DNA from: a virus | Taxonomy: Duplodnaviria > Caudoviricetes | Length of the DNA stretch: 64,000 bases | Virus record (IMG/VR): IMGVR_UViG_3300029288_000063 | Location: 128,001-192,000 of that record | Strand: one strand, 5' to 3' | Shown: in pieces, positions 17,541-27,074 of the stretch | Layout: each line of letters opens with the position of its first letter | Numbering within the stretch: position 1 is the first letter of the stretch | Program-made: the position numbers and the translations under genes | The notes under the pieces: generated by a model | Databases searched by the model: none | Seen by the model: only the letters and a program-made list of their open reading frames with translations | Told to the model about the DNA's origin: nothing

Positions 17541-17992
17541 TGTCGGAAGATGTTATGCTTGCCGGGAGATGTTACGGGCTTTTTGACAAATCCGATGCGG
17601 CGTGTTCTATCTGTCTTGTTAGAAAAAAATGTATTACGATGACGATGTCTGGTGTTGATGAGAACTTTGTTGGCAATATTCGTCGAGAAAACAAGGAAGA
17701 GCCAATTTCGACAGACCCGGTTGACTCCGTTCCTGTGGATGTCATGCTTTGCAAGATTTCCGAGTCTATTGGTACGCCGTCCATCGAAAGGGTTTCTGTT
17801 TCTGGTGGTGATATGGTGTTGTATCGGTTCTACAATGATGACGAGAACGAGGTCGTGCGCGTTGGTGTTGGTGTCGAGGGGAACGTGTTTGTCATGGTTG
17901 CCGGGATGGAAATGGAAGAATTCTCAAAAGATGCATCGTGCGATGATTTTTTGATCAAGGCGGAACTTGTCCTCAAAAATTTGATCGTCTAA
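17540..17992 (+). CDS. hypothetical protein with an N-terminal 4-Cys motif
   Basis: C-x10-C-x2-C-x5-C; GGAGG RBS. Confidence 0.7.
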   Translation: MSEDVMLAGRCYGLFDKSDAACSICLVRKKCITMTMSGVDENFVGNIRRENKEEPISTDPVDSVPVDVMLCKISESIGTPSIERVSVSGGDMVLYRFYNDDENEVVRVGVGVEGNVFVMVAGMEMEEFSKDASCDDFLIKAELVLKNLIV

Positions 17993-17994
17993 AC

Positions 17995-18930
17995 ATGAAG
18001 ACAATCGACTATCCGTATTTTCAGTGCCGTTTTGTGGAATTCAATTCGGCGCAAGCTCAGGTCATGCCCTTTTTCGACCAAGATGTAAATCTTGTCGTGT
18101 CGTTCCCTACGTCTACAGGGAAAACCACAATTGCAGAATGTGTTTTTGGATATCACCTTACGGCAGATTCCTGTTGTAAGGTTGTGTACGTTTCCCCGTT
18201 CAAGGGGATAACGTCGGAGAGGCAAAGAGACTGGATGGCTGACTCTCAGTTTTCCAGTCGCGGAATTGTCGTTTGTACGGGGGATAATCACCCGAAAGAT
18301 AAGGAGTACGAAGATGCCAGAATCGTACTGATGACTTCTGAGGCGTTTGACAACAGAACACGTTGTGCCGGGAAGAAGTCGTGGTTGTCGTCCGTTGCCT
18401 GTATTGTGTATGACGAAGCCCACATGATTGGCAAGATGGGTCGTGGCGCGGCTGTTGAGTCCTCGATGATGAGGATTGCGAGAATATCGCCACGTTGCCG
18501 ATTTGTTCTTTTGTCTGCCACTATGTCGAATTCTATGGATTTAGCCAAGTGGGTTAAGTCTTTGAATGGTAAAATCACGAAGAACATCAGGAGTACGTGG
18601 CGTCCCGTTCGTTTGAAGCACCGCCTGCACACGTATTATTCGCGTGGTGGGTGGAATGAAACTAATGCGTCAAGGTTGTCGAAGGCTGCGGATGTTGTAG
18701 GTCGCCCGATGGCCGGTCAAAAGGTTCTCGTGTTTGTCCAGTCCAAAAAGTTTGGACGGGAACTGGTTAAAGAGTTGCGTCGGCGCGGTGTTCGGTGTGG
18801 GTTTCACAACGCATCGGTGTCGCCCGAGAATCGTGGTTGTTTGGAAAAGATTTTTGATGACCCGTATTCTGGTGTTGATGTGTTGGTAAGTACCAGCACG
18901 TTGTCGGCGGGTGTGAATCTCGGGGGGTGA
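17995..18930 (+). CDS. Hel308/Ski2-like SF2 helicase, N-terminal part (motifs Q to V)
   Basis: PTSTGKT, DEAH, LSAT, FHNA, STSTLSAGVNL then stop; no motif VI. Confidence 0.9.
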   Translation: MKTIDYPYFQCRFVEFNSAQAQVMPFFDQDVNLVVSFPTSTGKTTIAECVFGYHLTADSCCKVVYVSPFKGITSERQRDWMADSQFSSRGIVVCTGDNHPKDKEYEDARIVLMTSEAFDNRTRCAGKKSWLSSVACIVYDEAHMIGKMGRGAAVESSMMRIARISPRCRFVLLSATMSNSMDLAKWVKSLNGKITKNIRSTWRPVRLKHRLHTYYSRGGWNETNASRLSKAADVVGRPMAGQKVLVFVQSKKFGRELVKELRRRGVRCGFHNASVSPENRGCLEKIFDDPYSGVDVLVSTSTLSAGVNLGG

Positions 18931-18933
18931 TTT

Positions 18934-19179
18934 GTGGCGTATACAATTGAAGACATGTCGATTGAACTGTCCAAACTCGGTTATCCTGCGAATGCAAAAA
19001 AGGCGGCAATAGAGGTGACAAGTCGTCTTATGTTGAATTTGAGAGAGGACGAACGAGGTATAGTGTTTTGGCAGTTGGTTCATCGGTTCGCCCTGATGTT
19101 GTCGCCTTGGTGGCGGGAGTTTTTCAGGTCGGACGTTTGCTTCGGCACCATTGTGGGGGCTTGGAATGAAAAAGTCTGA
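18934..19179 (+). CDS. hypothetical protein
   Basis: Tightly packed ORF between helicase-N and UDG. Confidence 0.6.
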   Translation: MAYTIEDMSIELSKLGYPANAKKAAIEVTSRLMLNLREDERGIVFWQLVHRFALMLSPWWREFFRSDVCFGTIVGAWNEKV

Positions 19180-20806
19180 TGTCGCTGGTAGTAAGGGAAA
19201 GACGCTTACGTCTTTGCGCTCGAAATGTTTGGGATGCCTGAAGTGTTCAATTGGTGGCTGCGATATTGGTGGTCACATTTCTAATGTTTTTTCGAACATG
19301 AACATGAAGGCGGGAGTGATGGTTATTGGGCAAAATCCCGGCCATGTTGAGGTCGAACGCGGTTTGCCGTTTGTTGGTCCGTCTGGTGAGTTTTTTGACC
19401 GTGCGATATCGGAAGTTCTCGGTGTTGGTCGTGATGCGTTTTACATCACCAATGTCGTTAAATGTCTCCGCTACAACACCCGAGTATTGCTTGGTGATGG
19501 TTCAACAAAGACTATCGCTCAGCTTGTTCGTGAAAAGTATGACGGGACTGTTGTGTCTGTTGGAAAGAACGGCAATCTGGAACAGAAGAAAGTAATTGGG
19601 TGGTATAAAACTCCAATTGCTGGTCGTAGGATGTTCAAGTTGTCTTACTCTAACGCCAAGGGTAATCCTTGTGGAAGCGTTGGACCAACTTTGACAGAAG
19701 ACCACCCGGTCAAGACGAGGTTTGGGTATAAGGATGTCTGTGAACTTAAAGAGGACGACGAGATTGCTATCGGAGAGGTGGCACCAAATTCATACTTGAA
19801 GGAGTTTTTGTGCGGAACATTGTTGGGGGACGGATGTGTTGTAAAGAATCACTTGGAGATTACGCACTCCAAAAAGGATTCAGGCTATATTGATATGAAA
19901 AAGCGTTGTTTGTCTGGCTTTGGTGTTGTTTCCGAGGATATTGAGATTGATTTGAACGGCAAGAAGCATTTCGCTACAAGGTTGAGGAGTCATGCTTCGC
20001 GTTATTTTTGTGAAGAGCGGTCTGTTTGGTATCAGAACGGCAAGAAAAGTGTCATGCATTTGGCGGGACTTTCCGACCTTGCTTTGGCTATTTGGTATCA
20101 AGACGATGGAAGCGTTGCGTCGCACAGGAAAAACTCACGGGTTGATTTGGCAACGAATGGGTTTTCTTCTGCCGATGTCGACCATTTGTGCTCGCTGCTT
20201 TGTGGTCGCGGTATTCCTGCAAAGAGAATTTATAGTGCTGGGTGGAGGGTGTCTATCGGTGTTGAAGGTGCCGATGCTTTTTATCGTGCTATCGCAAGGT
20301 ATGTTCACCCATCAATGAGAAGGAAGTTGCCCGAGAAGTATTGTTCTGTGAATTTTGTCGATGTTTCGCGCCGTTGTGGAGTTGAGTTGTATTGGGCTAA
20401 AAACCCAATTATCAAAGAGGTTCAGGTGCCAGAAAAGAGTGTTTATTGCCTTGATGTTGAAGGTAATCACAATTTTGTCGTGAATGGTGGTGTTGTGGTG
20501 CATAACTGCTTTACGAATCAAAACCGTTCGCCACACGACAATGAGATTCAAAACTGTCGCGAGCTTTTGGATGAGGAAATTCGTGTTGTAAATCCGTCCT
20601 TGATTGTCACGCTTGGCGGTCCGTCACTCAAGGCTGTTGCCGGGGTGAGTGGTATTACGAAGTATCGTGGTTCTTTTATCACGTCGTTGCGTTATGCTGT
20701 GAAGGTTTTGCCGTTATGGCACCCGTCACCGTTGAACATGAACAGCTCAGAAAAGCGGGAGCAGTTTTTTCAAGACCTACTTCTTGTGAAGCCTTTTTTG
20801 GAATAA
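19166..20806 (+). CDS. uracil-DNA glycosylase family 4, intein-containing
   Basis: CLGC, GQNPG..E...G.PFVG.SG, TNVVK-C, HPS. Confidence 0.9.
   Translation: MKKSDVAGSKGKTLTSLRSKCLGCLKCSIGGCDIGGHISNVFSNMNMKAGVMVIGQNPGHVEVERGLPFVGPSGEFFDRAISEVLGVGRDAFYITNVVKCLRYNTRVLLGDGSTKTIAQLVREKYDGTVVSVGKNGNLEQKKVIGWYKTPIAGRRMFKLSYSNAKGNPCGSVGPTLTEDHPVKTRFGYKDVCELKEDDEIAIGEVAPNSYLKEFLCGTLLGDGCVVKNHLEITHSKKDSGYIDMKKRCLSGFGVVSEDIEIDLNGKKHFATRLRSHASRYFCEERSVWYQNGKKSVMHLAGLSDLALAIWYQDDGSVASHRKNSRVDLATNGFSSADVDHLCSLLCGRGIPAKRIYSAGWRVSIGVEGADAFYRAIARYVHPSMRRKLPEKYCSVNFVDVSRRCGVELYWAKNPIIKEVQVPEKSVYCLDVEGNHNFVVNGGVVVHNCFTNQNRSPHDNEIQNCRELLDEEIRVVNPSLIVTLGGPSLKAVAGVSGITKYRGSFITSLRYAVKVLPLWHPSPLNMNSSEKREQFFQDLLLVKPFLE
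19463..20506 (+). mobile_element. intein (348 aa) with LAGLIDADG endonuclease in UDG
   Basis: Starts CLRYNTRV; block B TEDHP; GTLLGDG and WYQDDG; ends VVHN before Cys. Confidence 0.93.
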
Positions 20807-20809
20807 GCG

Positions 20810-21829
20810 ATGTCTGACCGGGTCGTTATTGTTGATATCCGACGCGGTCCCAATTTTGTTGACAGGGTAGACCTCTCGCAGATGGGGGGACGTGCCGGGC
20901 GTTCGCATAACGGGACAATGCGTGAGGCTTTTGTTGATGTTGTTGTATCAGAGGAAGACTCTTCACTCGCCTCTGATATGTTGTCGTCGCTGGACAACCA
21001 CCCGGTGGATTCCGTTCTGGACTCTGCCGAAAGTATAGCGTTCCATATTCTTCCGGACATCTATAACGGGGTCATTCAAAACATGGATGACGCCCGTGAC
21101 TGGATGTCGAAAACATTCTTCTGTTTCATGGGTGGTGACCCGGACATCGTGGAAGACGCGGTGGAACTTCTCGTTGAAGATGAAGCCCTGAAGATTGGTC
21201 GGGATAAACAATTTTTTGTTACTTTGCAGGGAAGTATATCGGCGACTTTATACTTCGCCGCTTCGGACGTTATGGCGTGGCGGATGAATTTCGAGGAGAT
21301 TTTTGACCGTGGAGTAGAGGACACCGACGTTGGTGTCGCGTGGGCGCTTTCCTCTGTTCCCGGACAAATACGCCACATCGGTTCGTCTGACTCAAAGTTT
21401 GCCGTGGAGGAGTTTAGAGACCAAGCGTCGGCATATGGTTTGAAGGTTATGGACGGGACTGCTGGTGTTGGCGCGTGCTGGTGGTGGTTGATGGGCGGGC
21501 CGAGCGTAAAGGGAATGAAGGCAGAGGCGTATTCGCTTCGCAAGGATTTTGGTCGTATCAAGCTGGCTTTGGACGGCATTGACAAGGCGTGCGGTTGGGA
21601 GCAAAAAGATTTTTTGCGTTGTTTGGATGTTCGTATAATGAGGCGTGTTCCGGCGGAAATAGCCCCGTTGTTTCAGGTTGAAGGTATTAGCAAAGAAGTT
21701 GCCTTTGAGTTGTATAATATCGGGATTGGTAGCCTTGAAGAATTGAACGAGAAAAAGTTTTTAGTTGAAGCAAGTGACAATGAAAGGTTAATCCGTGCCG
21801 TTAATAGATTTTTCGGGTCGGTTTCCTAA
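20810..21829 (+). CDS. Hel308/Ski2-like helicase, C-terminal part (motif VI onward)
   Basis: RVVIVD..R, QMGGRAGR, winged-helix region, C-terminal HhH-like VEGISK..A.ELYNIG. Confidence 0.88.
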   Translation: MSDRVVIVDIRRGPNFVDRVDLSQMGGRAGRSHNGTMREAFVDVVVSEEDSSLASDMLSSLDNHPVDSVLDSAESIAFHILPDIYNGVIQNMDDARDWMSKTFFCFMGGDPDIVEDAVELLVEDEALKIGRDKQFFVTLQGSISATLYFAASDVMAWRMNFEEIFDRGVEDTDVGVAWALSSVPGQIRHIGSSDSKFAVEEFRDQASAYGLKVMDGTAGVGACWWWLMGGPSVKGMKAEAYSLRKDFGRIKLALDGIDKACGWEQKDFLRCLDVRIMRRVPAEIAPLFQVEGISKEVAFELYNIGIGSLEELNEKKFLVEASDNERLIRAVNRFFGSVS

Positions 21830-22295
21830 GCGTGCTGTTCGTGCCTGTGTAGAGGCTATGTCTGATGGACGGTTAAGGTCGTCGCTTGTCAATGACGTTC
21901 TTAAGTATAGCAATGTCGATGTTACACCGATAGAACAATTTCTTTCATCTCGTGACGAAATAATCCGCCTGAACGCCGTTAGGATTATTGGGCAGAGAGG
22001 TGATGTTTCGAAGTTGGTCGATATGGCTCTGGTAGAACAGAATGTTACTGTTGTCTCGGAGATTCTGAGGTACGTTTCGAGGTCTCCAGAAAAAGTGGAT
22101 CGGCTTGTTGAGTTGTTAGTGGCGCAGGATTCTGTTGTGCGGGAACAGGCGATTCAGATGTTTCGTCGTGCCGGTCGTTCCGACTGTATGCTGCCACTGT
22201 TGTTTGATGGTGATGATTCATTGGTGTCCCGTGTGAAAAGGTACATGGAAGAGACAAATCATGACGACGACAGTTCGAGTACCAATAGAGCCTGA
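21795..22295 (+). CDS. HEAT-repeat-like protein
   Basis: Repeated L...D..VR..A units. Confidence 0.65.
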   Translation: MPLIDFSGRFPKRAVRACVEAMSDGRLRSSLVNDVLKYSNVDVTPIEQFLSSRDEIIRLNAVRIIGQRGDVSKLVDMALVEQNVTVVSEILRYVSRSPEKVDRLVELLVAQDSVVREQAIQMFRRAGRSDCMLPLLFDGDDSLVSRVKRYMEETNHDDDSSSTNRA

Positions 22296-22926
22296 TAATT
22301 TCAAGCGGTTCAGAATGTGGTTGATTGAGATGGAAGATGTTTATGGGGTCGGGAAGGTGAAGGATATTCACCACCACGTTTCCCTGCTGATTGAGTCGTT
22401 GGATAGGCACATATTTGAGTCGTCGACGCCGAAGAAGTCGTCACAAATGAATGGTATACGTACTTTTATTGCGATTTTTAGTAGTCGTTACAGAATCATG
22501 ACGGACTACGACTACAATCGAAAAGTTTCGAGTGTTGATGTAAAAACGATTGAAACGCTGATTAAGGAGCTGGAAAAGGTTGGATGCAACTCCGAGGACT
22601 ATCTTCGCTGGTTCTTCGAGGAGTTTCTTCCGGAAAACGAAAAGTTGTGTCCGCCGACCATCGGTTTGGCTTGCAGCAAGTTTTCGCTTTCCAAGTTCCT
22701 GTATACCAATCGTGGTGAAATCAAAAAGCGCGAGGAGAAGGCGTTGTTGTTTGCCGCAGAGAAAGACCTTTTCAATCGTTCGAAGGTTCTGTTTGAGAAG
22801 ACGGAAGACTCGAAGATTCGTATTTGGTCGGAGCAGTATCGGTCCGGCAGTATAACCCTTGAGGAGTGGCGGAAAAATATTATCGAGTCCGAGGATGCCT
22901 GTTCTTGTGGAGAAGAAAATGGATAG
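22261..22926 (+). CDS. hypothetical protein
   Basis: Long ORF in the replication operon. Confidence 0.75.
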   Translation: MTTTVRVPIEPDNFKRFRMWLIEMEDVYGVGKVKDIHHHVSLLIESLDRHIFESSTPKKSSQMNGIRTFIAIFSSRYRIMTDYDYNRKVSSVDVKTIETLIKELEKVGCNSEDYLRWFFEEFLPENEKLCPPTIGLACSKFSLSKFLYTNRGEIKKREEKALLFAAEKDLFNRSKVLFEKTEDSKIRIWSEQYRSGSITLEEWRKNIIESEDACSCGEENG

Positions 22927-23485
22927 GGAAAAAGTTGCAGATGCTATTTCGAATGCCTGTGAGGCGTGTGGCGGGATGTCGCTTCTTGATTCAAAGCTTG
23001 AGGATTGCAACCCGACTGTTTTGGATGTCCGTATCGGTTCGTTGGATGACCACGTTTCCATGCAACCGGCAGCTATTGCGTATTTCGGTTCCCTGTTGAA
23101 AGACGCGGAGCGCAAACTGGTCAACCTGAAGCATGGGTATGACCGGTGGCAGAAGAAAAAGTATGCAGACGCCAAGTCGGCGTTGTCGGCGTCCGGTGCG
23201 AAGTCGACGGTTGGTGATATCGAGGCGAAGGTTGTGGCGGACAATGAGGCGGATATCGTCAAATGGGAAAGCGACCTTGAGGAAGCCCAGCGTGTCAATG
23301 ACGAGCTGGAGGTTTGGTATGAGGCGTGGCGTCAGAAGTCGTACTCAATGAGCCAACACGCCAATTTGGTTGGTGCCGAATTTGGCTCGAATTCGAGCTT
23401 GGGACAGGGTGGTGAAAGTTCTGAAACAAAAGAAGATTTTCAATCACGGAAAGACCGCGTCAGAGCTATAATGGGGAAGAAATAG
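22919..23485 (+). CDS. coiled-coil protein, possible UvsY-like recombination mediator
   Basis: Helical; lies just upstream of SSB and RecA; function inferred. Confidence 0.5.
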   Translation: MDREKVADAISNACEACGGMSLLDSKLEDCNPTVLDVRIGSLDDHVSMQPAAIAYFGSLLKDAERKLVNLKHGYDRWQKKKYADAKSALSASGAKSTVGDIEAKVVADNEADIVKWESDLEEAQRVNDELEVWYEAWRQKSYSMSQHANLVGAEFGSNSSLGQGGESSETKEDFQSRKDRVRAIMGKK

Positions 23486-23611
23486 TTCTGAGGTGTTTTT
23501 TGAAGGCTTGTAAGAAAGGAGGCGAACCAGCAAAAGGCATATAAAGGCGTTCTATTGGGGCCTAAAAGGCCAAGGTCGAGGCATTGTTTTTTTTTGAGGA
23601 GAAGAAAAGTA

Positions 23612-24820
23612 ATGGGTACGTATGATAAGGTCAAGAAGTTTTCGGCGTCGCGCCCGCGTTATGGTTCTAACAGCAGTACTCGTGGTATTTTCCACACCTT
23701 CAATACGGGTGACAACATCATCCGTTTGGTGGGTGAGTTCATCGAAGTGAAGACCCACTTTATCGCCCCGGTGAAGTCGCGTGGCGAGAAGGGGTTGTGT
23801 ATGCAGGATGCCTTTGAGGGCGAAGACAAGCTCCCGCAGGTCGTCAATTGTCCCGACTGGGATATTGAGAATGAGAAGCCGCGTGCGACGAAGCAGTGCC
23901 CGATTTGTGCCCTGCAACGTGCGTACAGGGAAGCATCAAAGAAGCCCGGCATTGCCCCCGAGGAAAAGGCGCGTTTCGAAGAAATGGCTGGCAAGTGTGC
24001 TGCCCGCACCGCGCTGAAGTGGAACATCATCGACCGTGAAGACCCGTATATCGTCGAATCCACGGACAAGGGTGACCGCAAGGTGCTTGGTTTCAAAATC
24101 GCCACCATCGGGATGGAAGCGTGGAATGACATCGAGGGTATCTTCACGCAGTGTGGGTTTGACATTTCCGACGCCGAACAGGGCATCGACATCAATGTGT
24201 GCCGGACGGAGGCGAAGAAGACCTCGTATTCCGCTCGTGCCGTTCTTGAGGGGTTGTCCGTCAAGAAGTCTCCGCTGACCGCCGAAGAGCTTGAATTGCA
24301 GCAGCATGACCTTCGTCGCCTGTGTGGCAAGCAGACTGACCCGCTGGCAATTCGCGATGCCCTGCACAGCGAACTGATGGAAGACCTCCGTCAGTTGGGC
24401 GGGTTGGACGACAGCGAAGGTGATGCCGGGGACGAGGAAGGCGAGGTTGAAGAGCTTCCGCGCAAGCGTCCGGAATCAACGAAGTCTGCTCCTGCGACCC
24501 CTGCTTCGAAGACTGCTTCGTTTGCGTCGAAGAAGTCGGCTGCCGCCGCCCCCACAACCAAGGAGGAATCTGCGGAAGACGAAGAACTTCCGTGGGACAA
24601 GGAAGACGAACAGGCGGACGAGGAAGGTGTTGATGAAAACACCCCCACGGAAGACGCTGATGAAGATGACAAGCCTGTTGCGGAACCCGAGGAGTCGGAA
24701 TGGCAGTGCTTTGGCACAATCGACCCCGAGCACCCAGAATGCAAGTCGTGTGAATCCCGTGTCGCCTGTGCGGAAAAGAAGGGCGTTGCCCTTCCGCCCG
24801 AGAAGAAGGTCCGGAAGTAA
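23612..24820 (+). CDS. ssDNA-binding protein (gp32-like) with acidic tail and C-terminal 4-Cys motif
   Basis: CPIC, NIIDR, G.DI...R.....T.Y; very acidic C-terminus; next to recA. Confidence 0.7.
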   Translation: MGTYDKVKKFSASRPRYGSNSSTRGIFHTFNTGDNIIRLVGEFIEVKTHFIAPVKSRGEKGLCMQDAFEGEDKLPQVVNCPDWDIENEKPRATKQCPICALQRAYREASKKPGIAPEEKARFEEMAGKCAARTALKWNIIDREDPYIVESTDKGDRKVLGFKIATIGMEAWNDIEGIFTQCGFDISDAEQGIDINVCRTEAKKTSYSARAVLEGLSVKKSPLTAEELELQQHDLRRLCGKQTDPLAIRDALHSELMEDLRQLGGLDDSEGDAGDEEGEVEELPRKRPESTKSAPATPASKTASFASKKSAAAAPTTKEESAEDEELPWDKEDEQADEEGVDENTPTEDADEDDKPVAEPEESEWQCFGTIDPEHPECKSCESRVACAEKKGVALPPEKKVRK

Positions 24821-24825
24821 TTTTC

Positions 24826-24858
24826 TATGGGGTGGGAGGTAACGCCTCCCACCCTGTG
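24826..24858 (+). terminator. strong hairpin between SSB and recA (terminator or mRNA stabiliser)
   Basis: GGGTGGGAGG/CCTCCCACCC stem. Confidence 0.6.
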
Positions 24859-24905
24859 GTTCCGTCTTTTTCTTTGGTTGTCACATTTTGCTCAGGAGGG
24901 ATTGC

Positions 24906-27074
24906 ATGGCGATGGACAAGAAACGCGAAGACCGTATTCGCAAGATTTGCGAAGGCGTTCAAAAAGCGTTTGGTGGTGGTAACACTACCGATGGGAAGAT
25001 TATCACCTATTTGGGTGATGAGGAGCGTGAACCGCTGGAGCGGTTTTCGTCTGGGTGTTTCGAGCTTGATGAGGCGTTGGGTGGTGGTTGGCCGCGTGGT
25101 CGTATGATTGAGATTTACGGACCAGAATCTGGCGGAAAATGTCACGCCAAAGGAACCAAGATTTTGATGTTCGACGGATACCTCAAGAACGTAGAAGACA
25201 TCGAGGTTGGTGACTGGGTGATGGGACCGGATTCTACGCCTCGTCAGGTGCAAGCGTTGGCGCGTGGTTCTGAAATGATGTATCGCGTGACGCCACGTAA
25301 GGGACTGGACAACAGTTTTGTTGTAAACGAAAACCACGTTTTGTGCCTGAAGAACACCGAGATTGGTTCGAAGTTTGGTGAGATTGTCGACATTTCCTTG
25401 AAGGACTACATGGGGAAAAGTGACAACTTCCGTTACTACAACAAGCTGTTTCAGGTTCCGGTCGAATGGTCAGAGAAAGAGTTACCTGTAGACCCTTATT
25501 TCTTGGGTCTGTGGCTTGGTGATGGTAGTTCTGACTGTGTTCGTGTTTATACACAAGATGAGGAAGTTGTGTCGGCTCTGGAAGAGTACGGCGAAAGGAT
25601 TGGACACTCTCTTTCTGTGGTTGATGACGAGTCCGGAAGGTGTCCGGGTTACTCTCTTGTTGTTGGCAAAGGGAAGTACCAATCCGAGTTTTGCTTACAG
25701 GGTGCCTTGCGTTCTTTGGGTGTTTTGAACAACAAACACATCCCTCATATCTTCAAAACAGGAAGCCGCACACAGCGTTTGGAATTGTTGGCGGGGTTGC
25801 TGGATTCTGACGGGTATAAGGGTGCGTCAAAGTTGGTGTTTTGCAACACCAATAAAGTCCTTGCTGAAGATGTTCTATTTGTTGCTCGTTCGCTTGGTTT
25901 CTTCTGTAACCTCAAAGAGTACACGGCAAGGCTTGGCGAGTTTTCGTGTCCGGCTTACAAGGTTTACATTAACGGTGATTGTTCGGTTGTCCCGTTGCGT
26001 GTTTCCCGTAAACGTCCGTCGGAACGCGAGTCGAATAGGGACCCGTTGGTGTCGTCGTTTGAAGTTGAGTCGGTTGGTGTTGGAGAGTTTTTTGGTTTTA
26101 TTCTGGATGGTGACCATCGGTATCTGATGGGGAATTTTATCGTCCAGCACAACACCACCCTGTGTTATCATGCGGTTGCAGAGTTCCAGAAGAAATATCC
26201 GGACGAGGATATCGCGTGGGTGGATTCGGAATACGCGTTGGACCCTGAATATGCCGAGAAGATTGGCGTAGACATTTCGACGATTATCCACCACGAACCC
26301 ACAGACGGCAATCAGGCGTTTGAGGTAATTCGGCACCTGATCAAGAGCGGGGTCAAGCTGATTATTGTTGACTCTGTTGCCGCACTGTCGCCGAAAGAAG
26401 AAATTGAGGCGTCGATGGAAGACACTCAGCGTCTTGGTTCGGCAGCACGCATGATGTCGCAAGCGTTGCGTGTCTTGGTTGGCGAGGTTGGTCGTGCAGG
26501 TGTAACGATTCTCTTTACCAACCAAGTCCGTGATAAGCCGGGAGTGATGTGGGGAGAGAAAACCACTACCCCCGGTGGTCGTGCGTTGCGGTTCTACGCT
26601 TCGATTCGTGTGGATATTCGCGGCATTGGTCAGGAGAAGGATGGTGAGTTGGTCACATCCATGCACACGAAGGCGTTGTGCAAGAAGAACAAGACCGCGC
26701 CCCCACTCCGTGTTGCCAATTTCATCATTTCGTTTGGCGTTGGCGTTGACCGGATTGCCGGTATCTTCGACAAGTCTGTTGAGCGGAAGGTGATTGAAAA
26801 GGCCGGGGCTTGGTTCTCGTTTGACGGGAACCGTCTTGGTCAGGGTCGTTCCGCGTCCCTTACGCAGTTGCGTGAGAACGAGGAGCTGTTGGCTGAGGTG
26901 GAAAAGAAGCTTCTTGCCGCCCCGGCTGTTGTTGTCGAGAAGAAGTCGTCGATGAAGAAAGCCCGTGGGAAGAAGTCCTCTACGGAAGATGAGGACACAG
27001 AGCCGTCACCGGAACCCGATTTGGAAGTTGGTGGGGATGGTGCGGCGGAAGGAACCTCTGTCGATGACGCATGA
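24906..27074 (+). CDS. recA: RecA recombinase, intein-containing
   Basis: GG.PRGR..EIYGPESGGK|TT, VDSVAAL, AR.MSQALR, GG.AL.FYAS.R. Confidence 0.96.
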   Translation: MAMDKKREDRIRKICEGVQKAFGGGNTTDGKIITYLGDEEREPLERFSSGCFELDEALGGGWPRGRMIEIYGPESGGKCHAKGTKILMFDGYLKNVEDIEVGDWVMGPDSTPRQVQALARGSEMMYRVTPRKGLDNSFVVNENHVLCLKNTEIGSKFGEIVDISLKDYMGKSDNFRYYNKLFQVPVEWSEKELPVDPYFLGLWLGDGSSDCVRVYTQDEEVVSALEEYGERIGHSLSVVDDESGRCPGYSLVVGKGKYQSEFCLQGALRSLGVLNNKHIPHIFKTGSRTQRLELLAGLLDSDGYKGASKLVFCNTNKVLAEDVLFVARSLGFFCNLKEYTARLGEFSCPAYKVYINGDCSVVPLRVSRKRPSERESNRDPLVSSFEVESVGVGEFFGFILDGDHRYLMGNFIVQHNTTLCYHAVAEFQKKYPDEDIAWVDSEYALDPEYAEKIGVDISTIIHHEPTDGNQAFEVIRHLIKSGVKLIIVDSVAALSPKEEIEASMEDTQRLGSAARMMSQALRVLVGEVGRAGVTILFTNQVRDKPGVMWGEKTTTPGGRALRFYASIRVDIRGIGQEKDGELVTSMHTKALCKKNKTAPPLRVANFIISFGVGVDRIAGIFDKSVERKVIEKAGAWFSFDGNRLGQGRSASLTQLRENEELLAEVEKKLLAAPAVVVEKKSSMKKARGKKSSTEDEDTEPSPEPDLEVGGDGAAEGTSVDDA
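25140..26153 (+). mobile_element. intein (338 aa) with LAGLIDADG endonuclease in the RecA P-loop
   Basis: Starts CHAKGT; GLWLGDG, LAGLLDSDG; ends QHN before Thr. Confidence 0.95.

Noticed and set aside
18922-20809. Self-splicing intron or split intein rejoining the helicase halves
   Set aside because: The gap is filled by tightly packed ORFs, leaving no room for a ribozyme core; no intein termini on either helicase half
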